NCBI GenBank assembly: GCA_044226485.1
Contig: JBGAGY010000007.1
Coordinates: forward strand, 195,060 to 259,059
Direction of reading: 5' to 3'
DNA: 64,000 nt
Origin: Anaerolineales bacterium
Lineage (GTDB): Bacteria > Chloroflexota > Anaerolineae > Anaerolineales > UBA6663
The position numbers and the translations under genes were made by a program. Below the pieces are notes generated by a model that saw nothing but the letters and a program-made list of their open reading frames with translations, was not told the DNA's origin and searched no databases. Shown piece by piece: positions 38,516 through 50,500 of the stretch (the stretch's first letter is position 1; each line of letters starts with the position of its first letter).

Positions 38516-39026
38516 TCCTGATAACGGGCGCAACGACGAGCCCAGTGCCTGTCGACGTTGCCCGAGAGTGGGAGTGGTGCATGTTTTTCAGCGGCTCGCG
38601 CACGCCCCTATCGATGCGGCGCGCTGAGCAGTTGGCGGGCCGCAGGCCAGGGACCCTGGGCGCAGACAGTATGCATCGCCGTCGTTGCCCAAGCGATCGG
38701 ATCTCGCTGGGTCTCATTCCGTTTCGGCAGAAAGCCAGCCCGGCGCTGATCGGCGAAGAACCTATGCTTCATCGAACCCCGCTCTTGCCAGTGGGGCATG
38801 CCCAGCCTCCGACAGCTTCAGACGTCATGGATTTGAGACGTTGTGGAGCAGGGCGCTCCCTGGCACGACGCATGTAGCCGCACCCGTCTCCAGCTGAGCA
38901 TGGCGTTTGACGTTACCGTAGGCTCCTCTTCAATTGATGGGCCGCGGAAATCGGAGCTGTGGTGTTCGCCGCCCACGCCCCGCTTCCTCTTGACAAATGC
39001 CTCTCCGTTGGTCTATACTGAACCAC

Positions 39027-39392
39027 ATGGTTCAGTATCAACGAGCCCACCTGGATGCCTCTTTTGCTGCGCTTTCGGATGCCACCCGACGCGGGATTCT
39101 GGAGCGGCTGGGGAAGGCGGACGCTTCGATTACTGCCCTTGCCGAGGCGTTCCATATGACCCTCACGGGCATGAAGAAACACGTCGGTGTTTTGGAGCAG
39201 GCGGGGCTCGTCATCACGGAAAAGGTCGGGCGGGTGCGGACGTGCAAGCTCGGCCCGCGCCGGCTGGAGGAAGAGGCGGCCTGGATCGAGTGGTACCGCC
39301 AGCTCTGGGACGCACGCTTCAACGAACTTGACGAGATCGTTGAGGAGTTGAAACGGCAGGACAAAGTCCATGGAAAACGAAAAGGAAAGTGA
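39027..39392 (+). CDS. ArsR/SmtB family transcriptional regulator
   Basis: FAALSDATRRGILERLGKADASITALAEAFHMTLTGMKKHVGVLEQAGLVITEKVGRVRTCKL. Start set at the Met of MVQYQRAHLD. Confidence 0.85.
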   Translation: MVQYQRAHLDASFAALSDATRRGILERLGKADASITALAEAFHMTLTGMKKHVGVLEQAGLVITEKVGRVRTCKLGPRRLEEEAAWIEWYRQLWDARFNELDEIVEELKRQDKVHGKRKGK

Positions 39393-39402
39393 GCCTAACC
39401 CC

Positions 39403-39888
39403 ATGAAGAATCCCACGACGGTCGAACGAACGTCTGAGCGTGAGCTCATCGTCACGCGCACATTCAATGGCCCCGCGCACATCGTATTCGAGGCCTGGTC
39501 CAACCCTGAGTTGCTCCAGCGGTGGTGGGCGCCGAAATCGTTTGGCATAGCGTTCGTCTCCTGCGAGGCCGATGTCCGCACGGGCGGCACTTACCGTTTC
39601 GTGTTCAGCCACCCTGCCGCCGAGCAACCCATGGCGTTCTTCGGCAGGTACATCGAAGTGACGCCCCCGTCGCGCATCGTCTGGACGAACGAGGAGGGCG
39701 CCGATGGCCCCATCAGCACAGTAACCTTTGAGGAAATGGATGGAAAGACGCGACTTGTCCTGCGCGAACTCTATCCGTCCAAGCAAGCCCTTGACGACGC
39801 CATTGCCTCCGGCAGCACGGGCACGGGCGGGGCGGGCGAGCAGTTCGAGTCGTTGGACGAGCTTCTCGTCACCCTGGTGAAACCGTAA
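39403..39888 (+). CDS. SRPBCC (AHSA1/START-like) domain protein
   Basis: ELIVTRTFNGPAHIVFEAWSNPELLQRWWAPKSF...GGTYRFVF...GRYIEVTPPSRIVWT. This is the common ArsR-SRPBCC gene pair. Confidence 0.85.
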   Translation: MKNPTTVERTSERELIVTRTFNGPAHIVFEAWSNPELLQRWWAPKSFGIAFVSCEADVRTGGTYRFVFSHPAAEQPMAFFGRYIEVTPPSRIVWTNEEGADGPISTVTFEEMDGKTRLVLRELYPSKQALDDAIASGSTGTGGAGEQFESLDELLVTLVKP

Positions 39889-40190
39889 GAAGGCCCCGAC
39901 CTGAGCCTGGAGCCCAACGCGATCGGGTACAAACCTGCCGGTCATGGTGATCGGCAGGTCTGTGCTGCGAAGGTTGCACGGCCCTGGCCGATATGAAGCC
40001 GTCGAAATGCGCCACGCGAGGGCGACTTGACTCTCGATGATGACAGCGACGATGTGACCGATCGCATCGGCCAGGTGTCGATCCAGCAGGGTGGGTTTGG
40101 CCTGGAGCACCAACTGATTGTGTTATTCGAATTGTCTAAGCCCAGGTGTTGTGCAGTGTTGGGGGGTGCTGTGGCGGTTGATTCGCGCGT

Positions 40191-40784
40191 TTACGAGGCG
40201 CCGATTGTCCCCGTAGGTTCAAACTTGGTGTGGACGCAAGCATTCCACAACTCTTGCGGGAATACGATGCGAGCGAGCAAACCATCAGGAGTCCCCTGAT
40301 TGGTGTTCAGATTGATCCCTTCCGCTCGATAGGCTTTGTAAATCAACTGGCTGCAGTAATAGGCCCCATCGGTGTCCGGATCGAAGAAGTTGAGGTTATA
40401 GGGCTTGCTGAAGGTCGCCTGCTCCAGGCAGAAGTTAGCGACGTTCTCGCGGATGCGGTGTTCGTCATCCGTGGGTATTCCCCGACCCGCCAATGGGTAA
40501 GCCACGCCGTAGAAGCAGTCCAACATCCAGCGTTCATAGAACAGGGCGGCGGCATCCCAGACTTCAGCGGGCATCGCGAAGACGATCACACCTTTGGGTC
40601 CGGATTCGATACAGCGCCCGTCCGGACCGATGTACATGATGCAGTGGTCAACGTCACCGGGCGCCAGCCTGCCCATCATCCGCCAGAATTGGCCGAGCAG
40701 GCTGTCTTCTTCACCGTCGGTGGTGCAGATGACGTCGCCGGTGGTCAAGGGGACGCCACAAAAGGATGCGCTGTAGAGGGTCAT
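40191..40784 (-). CDS. YiiX/YebB-like permuted papain-fold (NlpC/P60 superfamily) hydrolase
   Basis: GDVIC...PGDVDHCIMYIGPDGRCIESGPKGV (His region) lies upstream of YYCSQLIYKAYRAEGI (catalytic Cys region), which is the permuted order. Start set at ATG 40784, because the track start is a TTG. Confidence 0.7.
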   Translation of the reverse strand: MTLYSASFCGVPLTTGDVICTTDGEEDSLLGQFWRMMGRLAPGDVDHCIMYIGPDGRCIESGPKGVIVFAMPAEVWDAAALFYERWMLDCFYGVAYPLAGRGIPTDDEHRIRENVANFCLEQATFSKPYNLNFFDPDTDGAYYCSQLIYKAYRAEGINLNTNQGTPDGLLARIVFPQELWNACVHTKFEPTGTIGAS

Positions 40785-41078
40785 GTGGAGTCGATTGTAA
40801 GGCAATCACATGAGCGCCAATCCACGGCGTTTGCGGTAGACGTGGCCATACGTAGCGGCGTCGGCGCAGTGGACGAGCACCTGAAGAGGCGAGCCCTACC
40901 TCCGGTTGTCCGAAATCCCAGTCAGTCATCCATGATCAGCAAACGGTGAAGATGCTCGTGTCGTGACGACGGAGGGCCACGGCGTGTCGAGTCGGTGAGA
41001 GGAGTTCAGGTGGTAAGTCGGAAGCGCCAAGTAAGAACGGATCGCTCGTCGCCTGCTCCTGCGGTCGAGGCCGCGGGC

Positions 41079-42410
41079 CTAGCCCGCCAGATACTTCCGC
41101 CCGGTCGCCACATACTGCTGCGCCCAGGTGTCGGCCGGGTACCTCTCGGCTATGTCGACCGCTTCCCGCCACATCGGCTCGGCCTGGCCACGCTTCCCTT
41201 GCACCTCGAGGAGTTCGCCGAGTGTGATGAGGACGCTGGCCACTTCCACCTCATCGTCGAGTTCACGATGGAGCGCCAGCGCTTCGATCAGTTTAGCCTC
41301 GGCTTCAGGCAGCCGGCCCATGTGCCGGTAAACGTTGCCCAGATTGTGGGCGGCCACGGCAACCTGGGATCGAAAGCCGTGCCGGCGAAGCGCGTCCACG
41401 TCAATCGCATGAAGAGTCGATTCGGCATCTTGAAGTTGGCCAAGCCCCAGGTAAATGGCTCCTTTCGTCAGGCTGATCGTCGTCCGATCAGACGTGGCAT
41501 CTGGAAGCGATGCGAGAGAGACCAGCGCCTGGTCTAGAGCCGAAAGCGCCTCAGCCAGGCGACCCGCCGTCCATAGCACGTGGGCCATGTTGATCGAAAT
41601 CCGGCTGGCTTCGAGGAGTCGATGATCCGTCTCCGCGAGCTGCGCGGCCTGACGCAAACATGGCAAACCCTCTTCGGGCCGGCCCGTAAACCCCAAGACC
41701 ATTCCCAGCGTGGTGAGCACGGCCATCTTGACCAATCGGAACTGGGGCGTGTCCTCCAGTTGCGCGAGGCCTTCCAGCGCCAGCCGTCCGGTCCGCTCGG
41801 CTGGTTCCGTTCGACGCAGAAGACGAAGGCTCTCGGCCAGGCTGACGCGGTTGCGAACAATGAGCTCCTGGTCACCGACGGCGAGGGCCACGTGCTCGGC
41901 TTCCTCAAGGACCTCAGCTGCTCGCTCGGGTCGTCCGTCCAAGAACAGGCATTGCCCGACCTGTCCGAGCACACGGCTGCGCAAGGCAGGCTCTTCGGTC
42001 AAAGCGGCGGCGACGCGCTGCAGCACGGCACTCCACTCGTGCCAGGCGCCGCGATGCTGCATGTGGCCAAACAGGCCGATCGCGAGTTGCGCGGCTTCGA
42101 CCCGGGTGCTCCGTTCTTCGCAGGCGTACAGGATCGCGCGGACGACGCTCTGCCAGGCGTGGTCGCTGACTGGGTTGGCCGGTGGTGTGGACCGCAAGGA
42201 GTTGCGCCAGTAGGTCACATTCGCGCGGATGCTCCGGCGAAAGGCGTCGGCGCGTTGGTCAAGCGTGGCCAGCACGGGTTGAGGATAGCACAACAGTGCG
42301 ATCGCACATATCACATCGAAGGATGCGCATCGGCGATTCGATGATCGCGGATCAGGCTTCGCGGCCACTCGGCGGGGTGGGGCCCTGTGGTTGAGCACCG
42401 GACCTGACAC
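41079..42410 (-). CDS. TPR-repeat protein (STAND-regulator-like C-terminal region without NTPase domain)
   Basis: About 350 aa of TPR-type repeats resembling the sensor arms of the neighbouring STAND regulators. The N-terminal ~90 aa are of odd composition with no P-loop. Confidence 0.7.
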   Translation of the reverse strand: MSGPVLNHRAPPRRVAAKPDPRSSNRRCASFDVICAIALLCYPQPVLATLDQRADAFRRSIRANVTYWRNSLRSTPPANPVSDHAWQSVVRAILYACEERSTRVEAAQLAIGLFGHMQHRGAWHEWSAVLQRVAAALTEEPALRSRVLGQVGQCLFLDGRPERAAEVLEEAEHVALAVGDQELIVRNRVSLAESLRLLRRTEPAERTGRLALEGLAQLEDTPQFRLVKMAVLTTLGMVLGFTGRPEEGLPCLRQAAQLAETDHRLLEASRISINMAHVLWTAGRLAEALSALDQALVSLASLPDATSDRTTISLTKGAIYLGLGQLQDAESTLHAIDVDALRRHGFRSQVAVAAHNLGNVYRHMGRLPEAEAKLIEALALHRELDDEVEVASVLITLGELLEVQGKRGQAEPMWREAVDIAERYPADTWAQQYVATGRKYLAG

Positions 42411-42846
42411 ACACTGTTTCAGAAGTAACCGGCTTCACCATCCGTTTCGTTTCACGACGGTTGCGGAGAGCGCCACGCGGGTAAGCTGGGCAAGAGACCT
42501 TGAATGCGTGCTGCGGTATCGCTGGCGCGGATGAGTTGCATACAACTCCCAGTCATCGGCTTGTCGCAAATGCTGGTCGGCGAGGTTGGTGATTGAGCCT
42601 TCGATATCAAGTCTGAAGCTCCGTCTGCGCGAGACATAGCCATAGGTTGAGAAGGGTGACAGAGTCGAGGAAATGAGCCTCTGGACGCGACGATCATGTA
42701 GCGCTTATAGGGTATCTCTCTCAACGTTACGGCACGGGGACCAGCGGGCTCTTCAATGCCGGAAAGCAGCGTCTTGTGCACCGTACGCGGGGCTGAGCAT
42801 CGCGATGCGTCTGAGTTGTGCACGGAGTTCGTCGCCAACCACCTTT

Positions 42847-43458
42847 TTAGGCGGCCTCCGGTCGATAACAGGCCAGGATGTTGCCACAGCCTTGCCAGGT
42901 CCGCGTATGGAGCAATTTGAGTGCGACCGGTGGGCGGCCCTCGAAGAGCGGCGTGCCTTCGCCAGCAATCAGCGGGAAGATCACAAAATGGAGTTCGTCG
43001 ACCAGCCCCTGCCGCAGCAGATCGTTCCACAGCAGGCGACCGCTATACAGATAGATATCTCGACCGGGCTGTTCTTTCAGCGCTCGAACCGCGTCATACG
43101 TGTCGGCCCGTTTCACAATCCGGGTATTGTGCCAGGGAGATACCTCTTCGGGCTGAAGCGAGTCGGAGATCACGACCTTATCGATGGTCGCTATCCGGCT
43201 TGCGAATTCCCGCCGGATCGTCGTGGACGCCGGGTCATGCGGGACGCTGGTCCAATACTCCTTGTTGCCCAAGTACGACGTACGGCCGCTCAGAATCAGG
43301 GTGTCGGATGCCCGCATGCGCTCCGTCATGTAATGGTCGAAGTGCTCGTCGCCTTGATAGTCGGGATGGAGATAGTCGAACAAAGCGTTCAGATTGCGGT
43401 CTTTGCCTTCGTAGTAGCCATCCAGTGTCGTGAGATTACCGACAATCAGTTTTCGCAT
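42847..43458 (-). CDS. dihydrofolate reductase family protein (RibD C-terminal domain)
   Basis: [18 protein letters not shown]...[11 protein letters not shown]...[38 protein letters not shown]. Start set at ATG 43458; the track ORF extends into the upstream gene. Confidence 0.85.
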   Translation of the reverse strand: MRKLIVGNLTTLDGYYEGKDRNLNALFDYLHPDYQGDEHFDHYMTERMRASDTLILSGRTSYLGNKEYWTSVPHDPASTTIRREFASRIATIDKVVISDSLQPEEVSPWHNTRIVKRADTYDAVRALKEQPGRDIYLYSGRLLWNDLLRQGLVDELHFVIFPLIAGEGTPLFEGRPPVALKLLHTRTWQGCGNILACYRPEAA

Positions 43459-43660
43459 CTGCTGGTGTTCCTTGAGAAGATCCGCGCGGGCGCCAGCGCC
43501 CCAGGCCGCGGGATACCGCCCTGGTTTTGACGGGATGCCCCTGGGGGTGCCAGGAGACAACGCGGATAGCTTAGACGTTTGGTGACCTGAGCGCATACAC
43601 CCAGGGTGGTATTTCGGGGCGGGAAGACGAAATGATCCGCGCAGGGCGCTGCACAGAGAC

Positions 43661-46057
43661 CTATAGCAATCCCAGTCTTTGTGCCTGCACAATGGCTTGA
43701 GCGCGGGTATGGGCGCCGAGTTTGCCGTAGATGTTGCGCGTGTGCACCTTCACCGTCGCGATCGACAGAAACAGCTTCTTGGCGATCTCGGCATTGGAAA
43801 GGCCATCCCTCACGAGCTCCAGGAGCTGCGTTTCGCGAGGACTCAGCGGCTCGGCGAGTCCGGACCCTGTCGCGGCCCTGACGATCCAGGTTTCTGCCAG
43901 CGCCTCGTCAACGGCAAGATCGAGGGAGGCGTTACTCCCGGCGGTCCAGGCGGGCTCGAAGGTCCCGGCTTCCAGCCGAGCGCGGGCGACATCGACTGCC
44001 GTGTGGAACGTGTCCTCGAGCAGCAAGAGACGAGTGCGATACTGACCGGAGTCGAACGCAGCCTGAACAGCCCCTAGAAGACGGACGCCGCGCTCGGGTT
44101 CGTCTCGCTCTAAGGAGAGCCTGCCGATCCCGACGAGCGCCATCAGCGTCAAATGATCGTGAACGCCGAGCGAACGCTGCGCCATCAGGAGTTCCTGATA
44201 ATGAGCAAAGGCGCGACTTCGCTGGTTCTGGGCTCGCTCCACGTCTGCGAGCAGGACAAGCGGATGAGTCCGCCCGCGTCTATCGCCCAGGGATGCAAAC
44301 AGCGCCATGCTTTCGCGAAAGAGCGGAATGACGTCGCCCGGCCGATGGTGCTCTGACCACAAGGCCGCACCGCGAAAGCAAAGGTCCCATGCTACGGCCA
44401 GGTCGTCGCCCGCCTGACGATCTTGACTCAGCGCCTGCGCGAGTAAGTTGAGCGCATAGCGGTGGCGACCCTGGCTCATGGCACCACCCGCCAGCCGGCG
44501 TCGACAGTGACTGAGGCCGAGGGGGATCTCCAGCGTTTGGAAGAGCGCCAGGCTTTCCTCGAGGTGGGCCATGGCTTGTTCCACATCCGGCTCGGAAAAG
44601 TACGCGCCGCACAGTGACCACGCCAGGGTCACCGTGTCGCCGTTCTCACGGGAGAGTCGGCGAGCCTCATCGATCCAGGCGGCAGCCTGGCCCTCGAGCG
44701 CTAATTGGCCCGCAAGCTCACCGGCGTGATGCAAGGCTTGGGCCCGGACACGCGTGTGCCGGTCGTGGGCGGGATGCTCCAACAGCTTTTTGAACCAGGA
44801 AAACCCCTCGCTCAGATAACCACGCGTTTCCCAGAACCAGCGTAAGGCGATCGCGAGGCGCAGGCCTGAGTCGAGCTCAGCCTGTTCCAGGCACAAGGCG
44901 AGTACGGCACGGAGGTTGTCGACATCCTGGTTCAAGCGGTCAAACCAGGCCTTCTGGACTCGACCGTAGATGTGGGCCGCTCCGTCTTCAGCGACCTTGA
45001 GGAAGTGCTTCAGGTAGCGCTGGAGCGTTGGCAGGGTCTGTTGTGCATCCGCCAGTTTTTCGCTCACATACTGTCGGAGGAGCTGGTGGATCGTATAACG
45101 TCCGCTCGCCTCCAGACGGATCAGCGCCCGGTCCATCAGCCGCCTCAGGACGGCAGGCGTGGCGCCGGCGACGTCTTCGGCCGCCTGCAGGTCGCAGCCG
45201 CCATGGAACACGCTCAAGCCACAAAGCACGGCCTGTTCCTCGACCGATAACAGGGTCCAGGTCTGCTGAAAGATGACTCGAAGGCTGCGATGCCGCTCCG
45301 GTTGTCGTCGATCAGGTGCCGTCAAGAAATCGAGGTTACTGGCCATTCGGGCGGCCACCTGTTCGCACGACATGACGTGCAACCAGCTGGCCGCCAACTC
45401 CAGGCCAAGGGGCATTCCTTCCACCTGCCGGCAGATGGATCGAACCGCGTCGGCATGATCCTGCCACTCAAAATCTCGATTCGCCTGCCTGGCGCGCTGG
45501 ATGAACAACTGCATGGCGTCGTAGGTCGCCAGGTCGCGGTCGGACGGTGAGCTGGGATAGGTAAGGCCATCCAGAACGAACAGCCACTCCCCTGGGCAAT
45601 TGAGGCGTTCGCGAGACGTGACCAGCACCTTGAGTTTCGGCAAGACGCTCAGCCACTCTGGCAAGAATCCGAGCCCGTCCAACACATGTTCGGCATTGTC
45701 TAGCACGAGAAGCGTCGACTGACGTTGAAGAACACGATGGATCTGGGCTGTGGGCACGCCAGGCTCGAGCTGCGGAAGGCCAAGCGCCGCGCCGATCGAC
45801 GAAAGGATCAACTCAGCCGAATCGATCGTACCGAGCGACACCACATACACGCGTGTCTGGAAACGGCCTGTCTGTCGGGACGCGACCTCCTGGGCCAGAC
45901 GTGTCTTGCCGATCCCGCCTGGGCCGACCACCGTCACGAGTTGAACGCGCGAATCGGCCAGGAGCGAGGCGATCTCATTCAGTTCTCGTTCGCGGCCGAC
46001 GAACGTGCTGGGCGTCAGCTGGCCTGGAGTAGGCTTGATCGGCACGCTACTTCTCAC
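43661..46057 (-). CDS. STAND ATPase / TPR / LuxR-HTH transcriptional regulator
   Basis: P-loop [17 protein letters not shown], Walker [13 protein letters not shown] region, and C-terminal [43 protein letters not shown]. Confidence 0.9.
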   Translation of the reverse strand: MRSSVPIKPTPGQLTPSTFVGRERELNEIASLLADSRVQLVTVVGPGGIGKTRLAQEVASRQTGRFQTRVYVVSLGTIDSAELILSSIGAALGLPQLEPGVPTAQIHRVLQRQSTLLVLDNAEHVLDGLGFLPEWLSVLPKLKVLVTSRERLNCPGEWLFVLDGLTYPSSPSDRDLATYDAMQLFIQRARQANRDFEWQDHADAVRSICRQVEGMPLGLELAASWLHVMSCEQVAARMASNLDFLTAPDRRQPERHRSLRVIFQQTWTLLSVEEQAVLCGLSVFHGGCDLQAAEDVAGATPAVLRRLMDRALIRLEASGRYTIHQLLRQYVSEKLADAQQTLPTLQRYLKHFLKVAEDGAAHIYGRVQKAWFDRLNQDVDNLRAVLALCLEQAELDSGLRLAIALRWFWETRGYLSEGFSWFKKLLEHPAHDRHTRVRAQALHHAGELAGQLALEGQAAAWIDEARRLSRENGDTVTLAWSLCGAYFSEPDVEQAMAHLEESLALFQTLEIPLGLSHCRRRLAGGAMSQGRHRYALNLLAQALSQDRQAGDDLAVAWDLCFRGAALWSEHHRPGDVIPLFRESMALFASLGDRRGRTHPLVLLADVERAQNQRSRAFAHYQELLMAQRSLGVHDHLTLMALVGIGRLSLERDEPERGVRLLGAVQAAFDSGQYRTRLLLLEDTFHTAVDVARARLEAGTFEPAWTAGSNASLDLAVDEALAETWIVRAATGSGLAEPLSPRETQLLELVRDGLSNAEIAKKLFLSIATVKVHTRNIYGKLGAHTRAQAIVQAQRLGLL

Positions 46058-46363
46058 TGGAAGGGATGTCCATCGTGCTCAGGCTGAATCATTCTGCCCA
46101 TTTTAGTGGACCGACGCTCGGCGCACTGGCGACAGCCTCTCCGAGGAGCGCTGCAGCCGGATCAACCCCGGTCTAGCCGACGACCGCACGTTCGATCCCA
46201 GGGTTGGGCTTGTCGGGAAGCCGAAGGACTGCTCCTGGTCGAGCACGCTGGTGAGATGCCCTATTTGCTTGTGACCACGCTTGTCTGGCGCGCGATGGAC
46301 GATCGGCTCAGAAACGTGTCGCGTGATGAGACATCGTCGCATTGGTTTCTTTTGACGCGCGTG

Positions 46364-46817
46364 TCAGTAGCGTCTTGGAAATGGGCTGCTCTGCATGACA
46401 TCGTTGACCCAGTGATCACAGGCGCGGTTGAGGTACAGGTGGTGACATCGATGCCCGAACGTTGGCCGAGCGGCTTGGGTCGGCAGAGGCGTCGAGCCCC
46501 ATACGTTGACGATGCCGCGGCAGCATGGATAGTGAGCCACCCCAGAAGTGAGCGCCGGCATTGGCTCCGGTCTTGGCCGTTCGACGCACCAGCTCCCCGC
46601 ATGTCGGACAGCATGGCGTGGATCCCGACTCGGTCGGATCCAGCTTGTGTCCCGCCGCTCGAGGATCGATGAGTCTGCTGCCAGGTGCCCCCGAAAGGGG
46701 ATCGGATCTCCGGCACCGATTAGGCGACACGGACCAGAATGCGGATGTGGGGCAGGTTGGTCGCGAGAAAGACACCTCAGCCAGCAGGTCGGCGATCCAG
46801 GTCACGATATTGTCCAC
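46364..46817 (-). pseudogene. frameshifted remnant encoding a topoisomerase-type C4 zinc ribbon
   Basis: CPTCGELVRRTAKTGANAGAHFWG in one frame continues as AHYPCCRGIVNV only after a 1-nt shift. The intact motif would be CPxCG...FWGCxxYPxCRG. The flanks are non-coding-looking. Confidence 0.35.
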
Positions 46818-47001
46818 TTCCTCGGCGGATGGCCAAAGGTTTTCGGCTTCTGTTCATACCCCGACGAGGCCGCGACGTTCAACCGTCGAGGTCGTTTGTA
46901 CTCTGAAGTCATGTGTTACTGTCCATGATGGCGGCTGTTGCCTGCCTTCCCAGCGTGGATAGCGGCGAATACCTCGTAGCGCTGCGGTATAGTTGATCTC
47001 C

Positions 47002-47484
47002 ATGACCATCAAGCAGCCCAATTCCCGCATGTGTTTCGTCTGCGGTCTGGAGAATCCGGCAGGCCTTTGCCTGCATTTCTATGATGACGGGAAGGACACG
47101 GTCTGGTCGGATTTCATCGTGGCGCCCTCCCATCAAGGGTTCCCCGGTGTGGTGCATGGCGGCATCTGCGCCGCGATCCTTGACGAGGTGGGTTGTCGGT
47201 CGATGATGATCAACGCGCCCGATCGGTTCGGGATGACGGCCAAGATGGAGCTGCGCTATCGCCAGCCCGTGCCGCAGGGTGTGCCGCTCAAGGCCATCGG
47301 GCGGTTGGTGAAAGACCGCGGGCGGCTTGTCACGGCCGAGGCCGTCCTGCAGACCGCTGAAGGCCAGCTGCTGACCGAGGCCTCCATCCTGGTGGCCGAC
47401 CTGCCGCCAGGCAAGCTGCATCTCAATGAGGTCGATGTCCTCGGCTGGCGCGTCTATCCCGACCCGGCAGAGTCGGTCCGGTGA
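47002..47484 (+). CDS. PaaI/hotdog-fold thioesterase
   Basis: RMCFVCGLENPAGLCLHF...FPGVVHGGICAAILDEVG is family-typical. ATG at 47002; the track start is a TTG. Confidence 0.8.
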   Translation: MTIKQPNSRMCFVCGLENPAGLCLHFYDDGKDTVWSDFIVAPSHQGFPGVVHGGICAAILDEVGCRSMMINAPDRFGMTAKMELRYRQPVPQGVPLKAIGRLVKDRGRLVTAEAVLQTAEGQLLTEASILVADLPPGKLHLNEVDVLGWRVYPDPAESVR

Positions 47485-47574
47485 CCGCGTAGGTTCTGGC
47501 ACCTGCAAGACGATGCCGACCTCACAGCCCTGCCGTCGGCACCCGACGGGCTTCGATCGCAGCGGGACGCCACG

Positions 47575-50500
47575 ATGTCCCTGACGACCCCCGTGAGGCC
47601 CCGCGATCGCTGGAACGCTCTGGCGTTCGTCGTGTTCATCAGCGCCCTGGTGATCCCTCTGGCGCTTACCCCACTGCCGTTCACTGCCGATGGTCGCAAC
47701 CACATCCTGCGGACCCTGCTCGTCGAGCGCGCGCTCGCCAGCGGCGATGGGTTCCCGCGTTACTTCCCGGAACTGGCTTACGGCTTCGGCGCGCCGCTCC
47801 TCAATTACTATGCGCCATTGACGTACTACCTGACCGCCGCGATGAGCGCGACTGGCATCGGCCTCAGCTATGCGTTTCAGCTCACGCTGGCGATCAGCCT
47901 GGTGGCCGGAGCGCTCGGCGCTGCCGCCTGGGCCGGCGCCTTGTATGGCGACAGGGCCCGTCTTCCGGCCGCCGTGCTGTGGACGGCCGCGCCCTATACG
48001 CTCTTCAACGTGTACTCCCGTGGCGCCGGACCCGAAGCGCTCGGCCTCGCCTGGCTGCCCTGGCTGGCCTGGGCCATCACCGAAGCCATTCAGCACGGCA
48101 CGCTGCGCGCTCGCCTCACGATCTGCATCGGCGCGGCCGGCCTCATGCTCACCCACAACCTGACGGCCCTGCTTGGCTTTGCGTTGCTCGCCATCCTCGC
48201 CGTCGGCGAAGTTGTCGCAGCGCTGCGTCAGGATCCTCGCAACGGCCTCGGCGCTCGCGTCGCCTGGGCTGTGGCATTCGGCCTGCTCGGTCTCGCGGCC
48301 TCTTCCTTCTTCTGGGTGCCGGCGATCCTCGAGACCTCTGCCGTGCAACTGAGCGCCATCACCGGGCCGGCCGGCTATGACTTCCGCGGCAACTTCCTCA
48401 GCCTTGAGACTCTCCTGGCGGGTCCGTTCACGTACGACCCTCACCGCGTGCTGACCCCTATGCCCACCGCCATCGGCCGGGGCACTCTTGCCTGCGCGGT
48501 TCTCGGCCTTCTGTCATTGGTCCCCGGGCTGGCCACGCGTCGCGCGACATCTGACGCTCAGGGACGAGATGGCCGAGCCATGCTGCTGCTCGCGCTGGGC
48601 ATGGCCTGCCTGGCCATGACGCTCAGGTCTTCACAGGCCGTGTGGGAAGTGCTCCCCATGGCACAGTTGATCCAGTTCCCGTACCGCTGGCTCGGGCCGG
48701 CGACGCTCTTCCTGGCGCCGTTCGGCGCCCGCGGCATGGTCTGGTTGCAGGAGCAGTTCGACGACTTGCCATGGCCGAACGCGTTTCGACAGGGCCTGCC
48801 GATCCTGCTTCTGGCCGTGATCGTCGGGCTGGCCTGGCCATGGACGTTTTCGAAGGCCGACCCTACGCTTCCGGCTCGGCCCGTCATCGCCGATCTGTAC
48901 GACGCCGAGACCCGCCTCAGCACCGTCGGCCTTACCTCGAACGGAGAGTTCCTGCCGGTCGGCGCCGTGTTGCCGGAGCCGGATCCAACATGGGCGCAGG
49001 CCGTCTACGTCGGCACCGCCGAGCGACTCGATCGAACCGCTCTTCCAGAGAACGCGCTCGTCACATCGGTCACACAGGACCGCCTGGCCGCCGTGGTGGA
49101 CGTAGATCTGGCGGCGGCATCGCCCCTGGTCTTCCGGTGGTTCGAATGGCCTGGCTGGCAGGCAACGATCGATGGCGCGCCGACTCGCGTGACGGCAGCG
49201 ACGGGATCGGGCTTCGTCACGGTCGACGTCCCGGCTGGGCGGCACCAGGTCGCCGTCTGGTTGGGGTTCACGTCGCTTCGACAGATCGTCAGCGTCGTTT
49301 CGGGTCTGGCCCTCATGGTCGCGCTGGCGTTGGCGATCGGGCTCTATCGGCGCAGGTCGATCACGCCGCGGTCACAGTCGTCGCGGCCGGCGGGCGTGCC
49401 CGGCCCGCAGGTCATGCTCGCGATCGGGCTCGTGTTGTGCGTAAGTCGCGTGGCGCTGGCCTTCACGCCCAGCCCGTTCTCACAGTCGCGCTTCGATGGC
49501 TCTACCATCTCGGGCGTCGCAAGGCCGCTGCGTGTCGTCTTCGGCGGCGAACTCGCGTTGTTGGGCCTCGACCTGACGCCCACCTTCGCCGCGGACGAGC
49601 CGCTCGCTTTGACAGCCTACTGGGCGCTCACGTCGTCACCGCTGGATCACGATCTCAGCTACAGCTTTCAACTGTGGGACGCGTTTGATCGGCCGGTCGG
49701 ACACGTCGACGTGCAGCATCCCGGCGGCTGGCCGACGCGGCGTTGGTTCGCCGGAGACTACGCGATCGACAACCTCTCAGTCGTCGTTGACCCCGCGACG
49801 GCGCCCGGCACGTATCGCCTGATGGTGACGGCTTACGGCGCCGATGCCAACCATGCCACGTTCACGGGCCGCGTGGATGGCGGGCCTGAACAGGCATACG
49901 TGCCGCTCGGTAACGTGCAGGTGACGCGCGCCTCACACAGGGCAGCCCCGGCTGACCTGCCAGACGTGACCTGGCACTCCCAGGCAGCGGGACCGTTCGC
50001 GGCAGTCGGCGTGGCGCGCCTGCCCATCGAAGCGCAATCGGGCGATGTCGTGCTCGTCGATCTGTATTGGCAGGCGCGCTTGTCGGGCCCGGCCGTCGAG
50101 CCGCGACTCGTGTTGCGCGACTCCTTGAACGGCGACTACGATCTCGGCCCGGCACGGCTGACGACCGATGGCCTTGGCCTCGCCGACTGGCGCGCCGATG
50201 ATCTGTTCGCCTTGACGACCCCGATCGTCATCTCACCCGATGCGGTCGCCGGCCCCGCCGATCTGCTTCTGACGGGCAGCGGCCCCGATGTCTTGCTCGG
50301 CAGCATCGATATCGGCATCCCGACCCGCTATTACGATGTGCCCGACGACATCACGCCCGCCAGGTTCAGCTTCGCCGAGGCCGCCGATCTCCTGGGATAT
50401 CGCCTGTCAGGCGACCTCGCGCCGGGCGGGGCGCTCACCGTGGATCTCATCTGGCTTTCTCGAGACGTCACAGCACGGTCACTGAAGGTCTTCGTTCATC

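Noticed and set aside
42452-43030. 192-aa minus-strand ORF between the TPR protein and the RibD_C reductase gene.
   Set aside because: Half of it overlaps the reductase gene out of frame. The composition is Ser/Arg/Pro-rich with no motifs. I treat it as non-coding.
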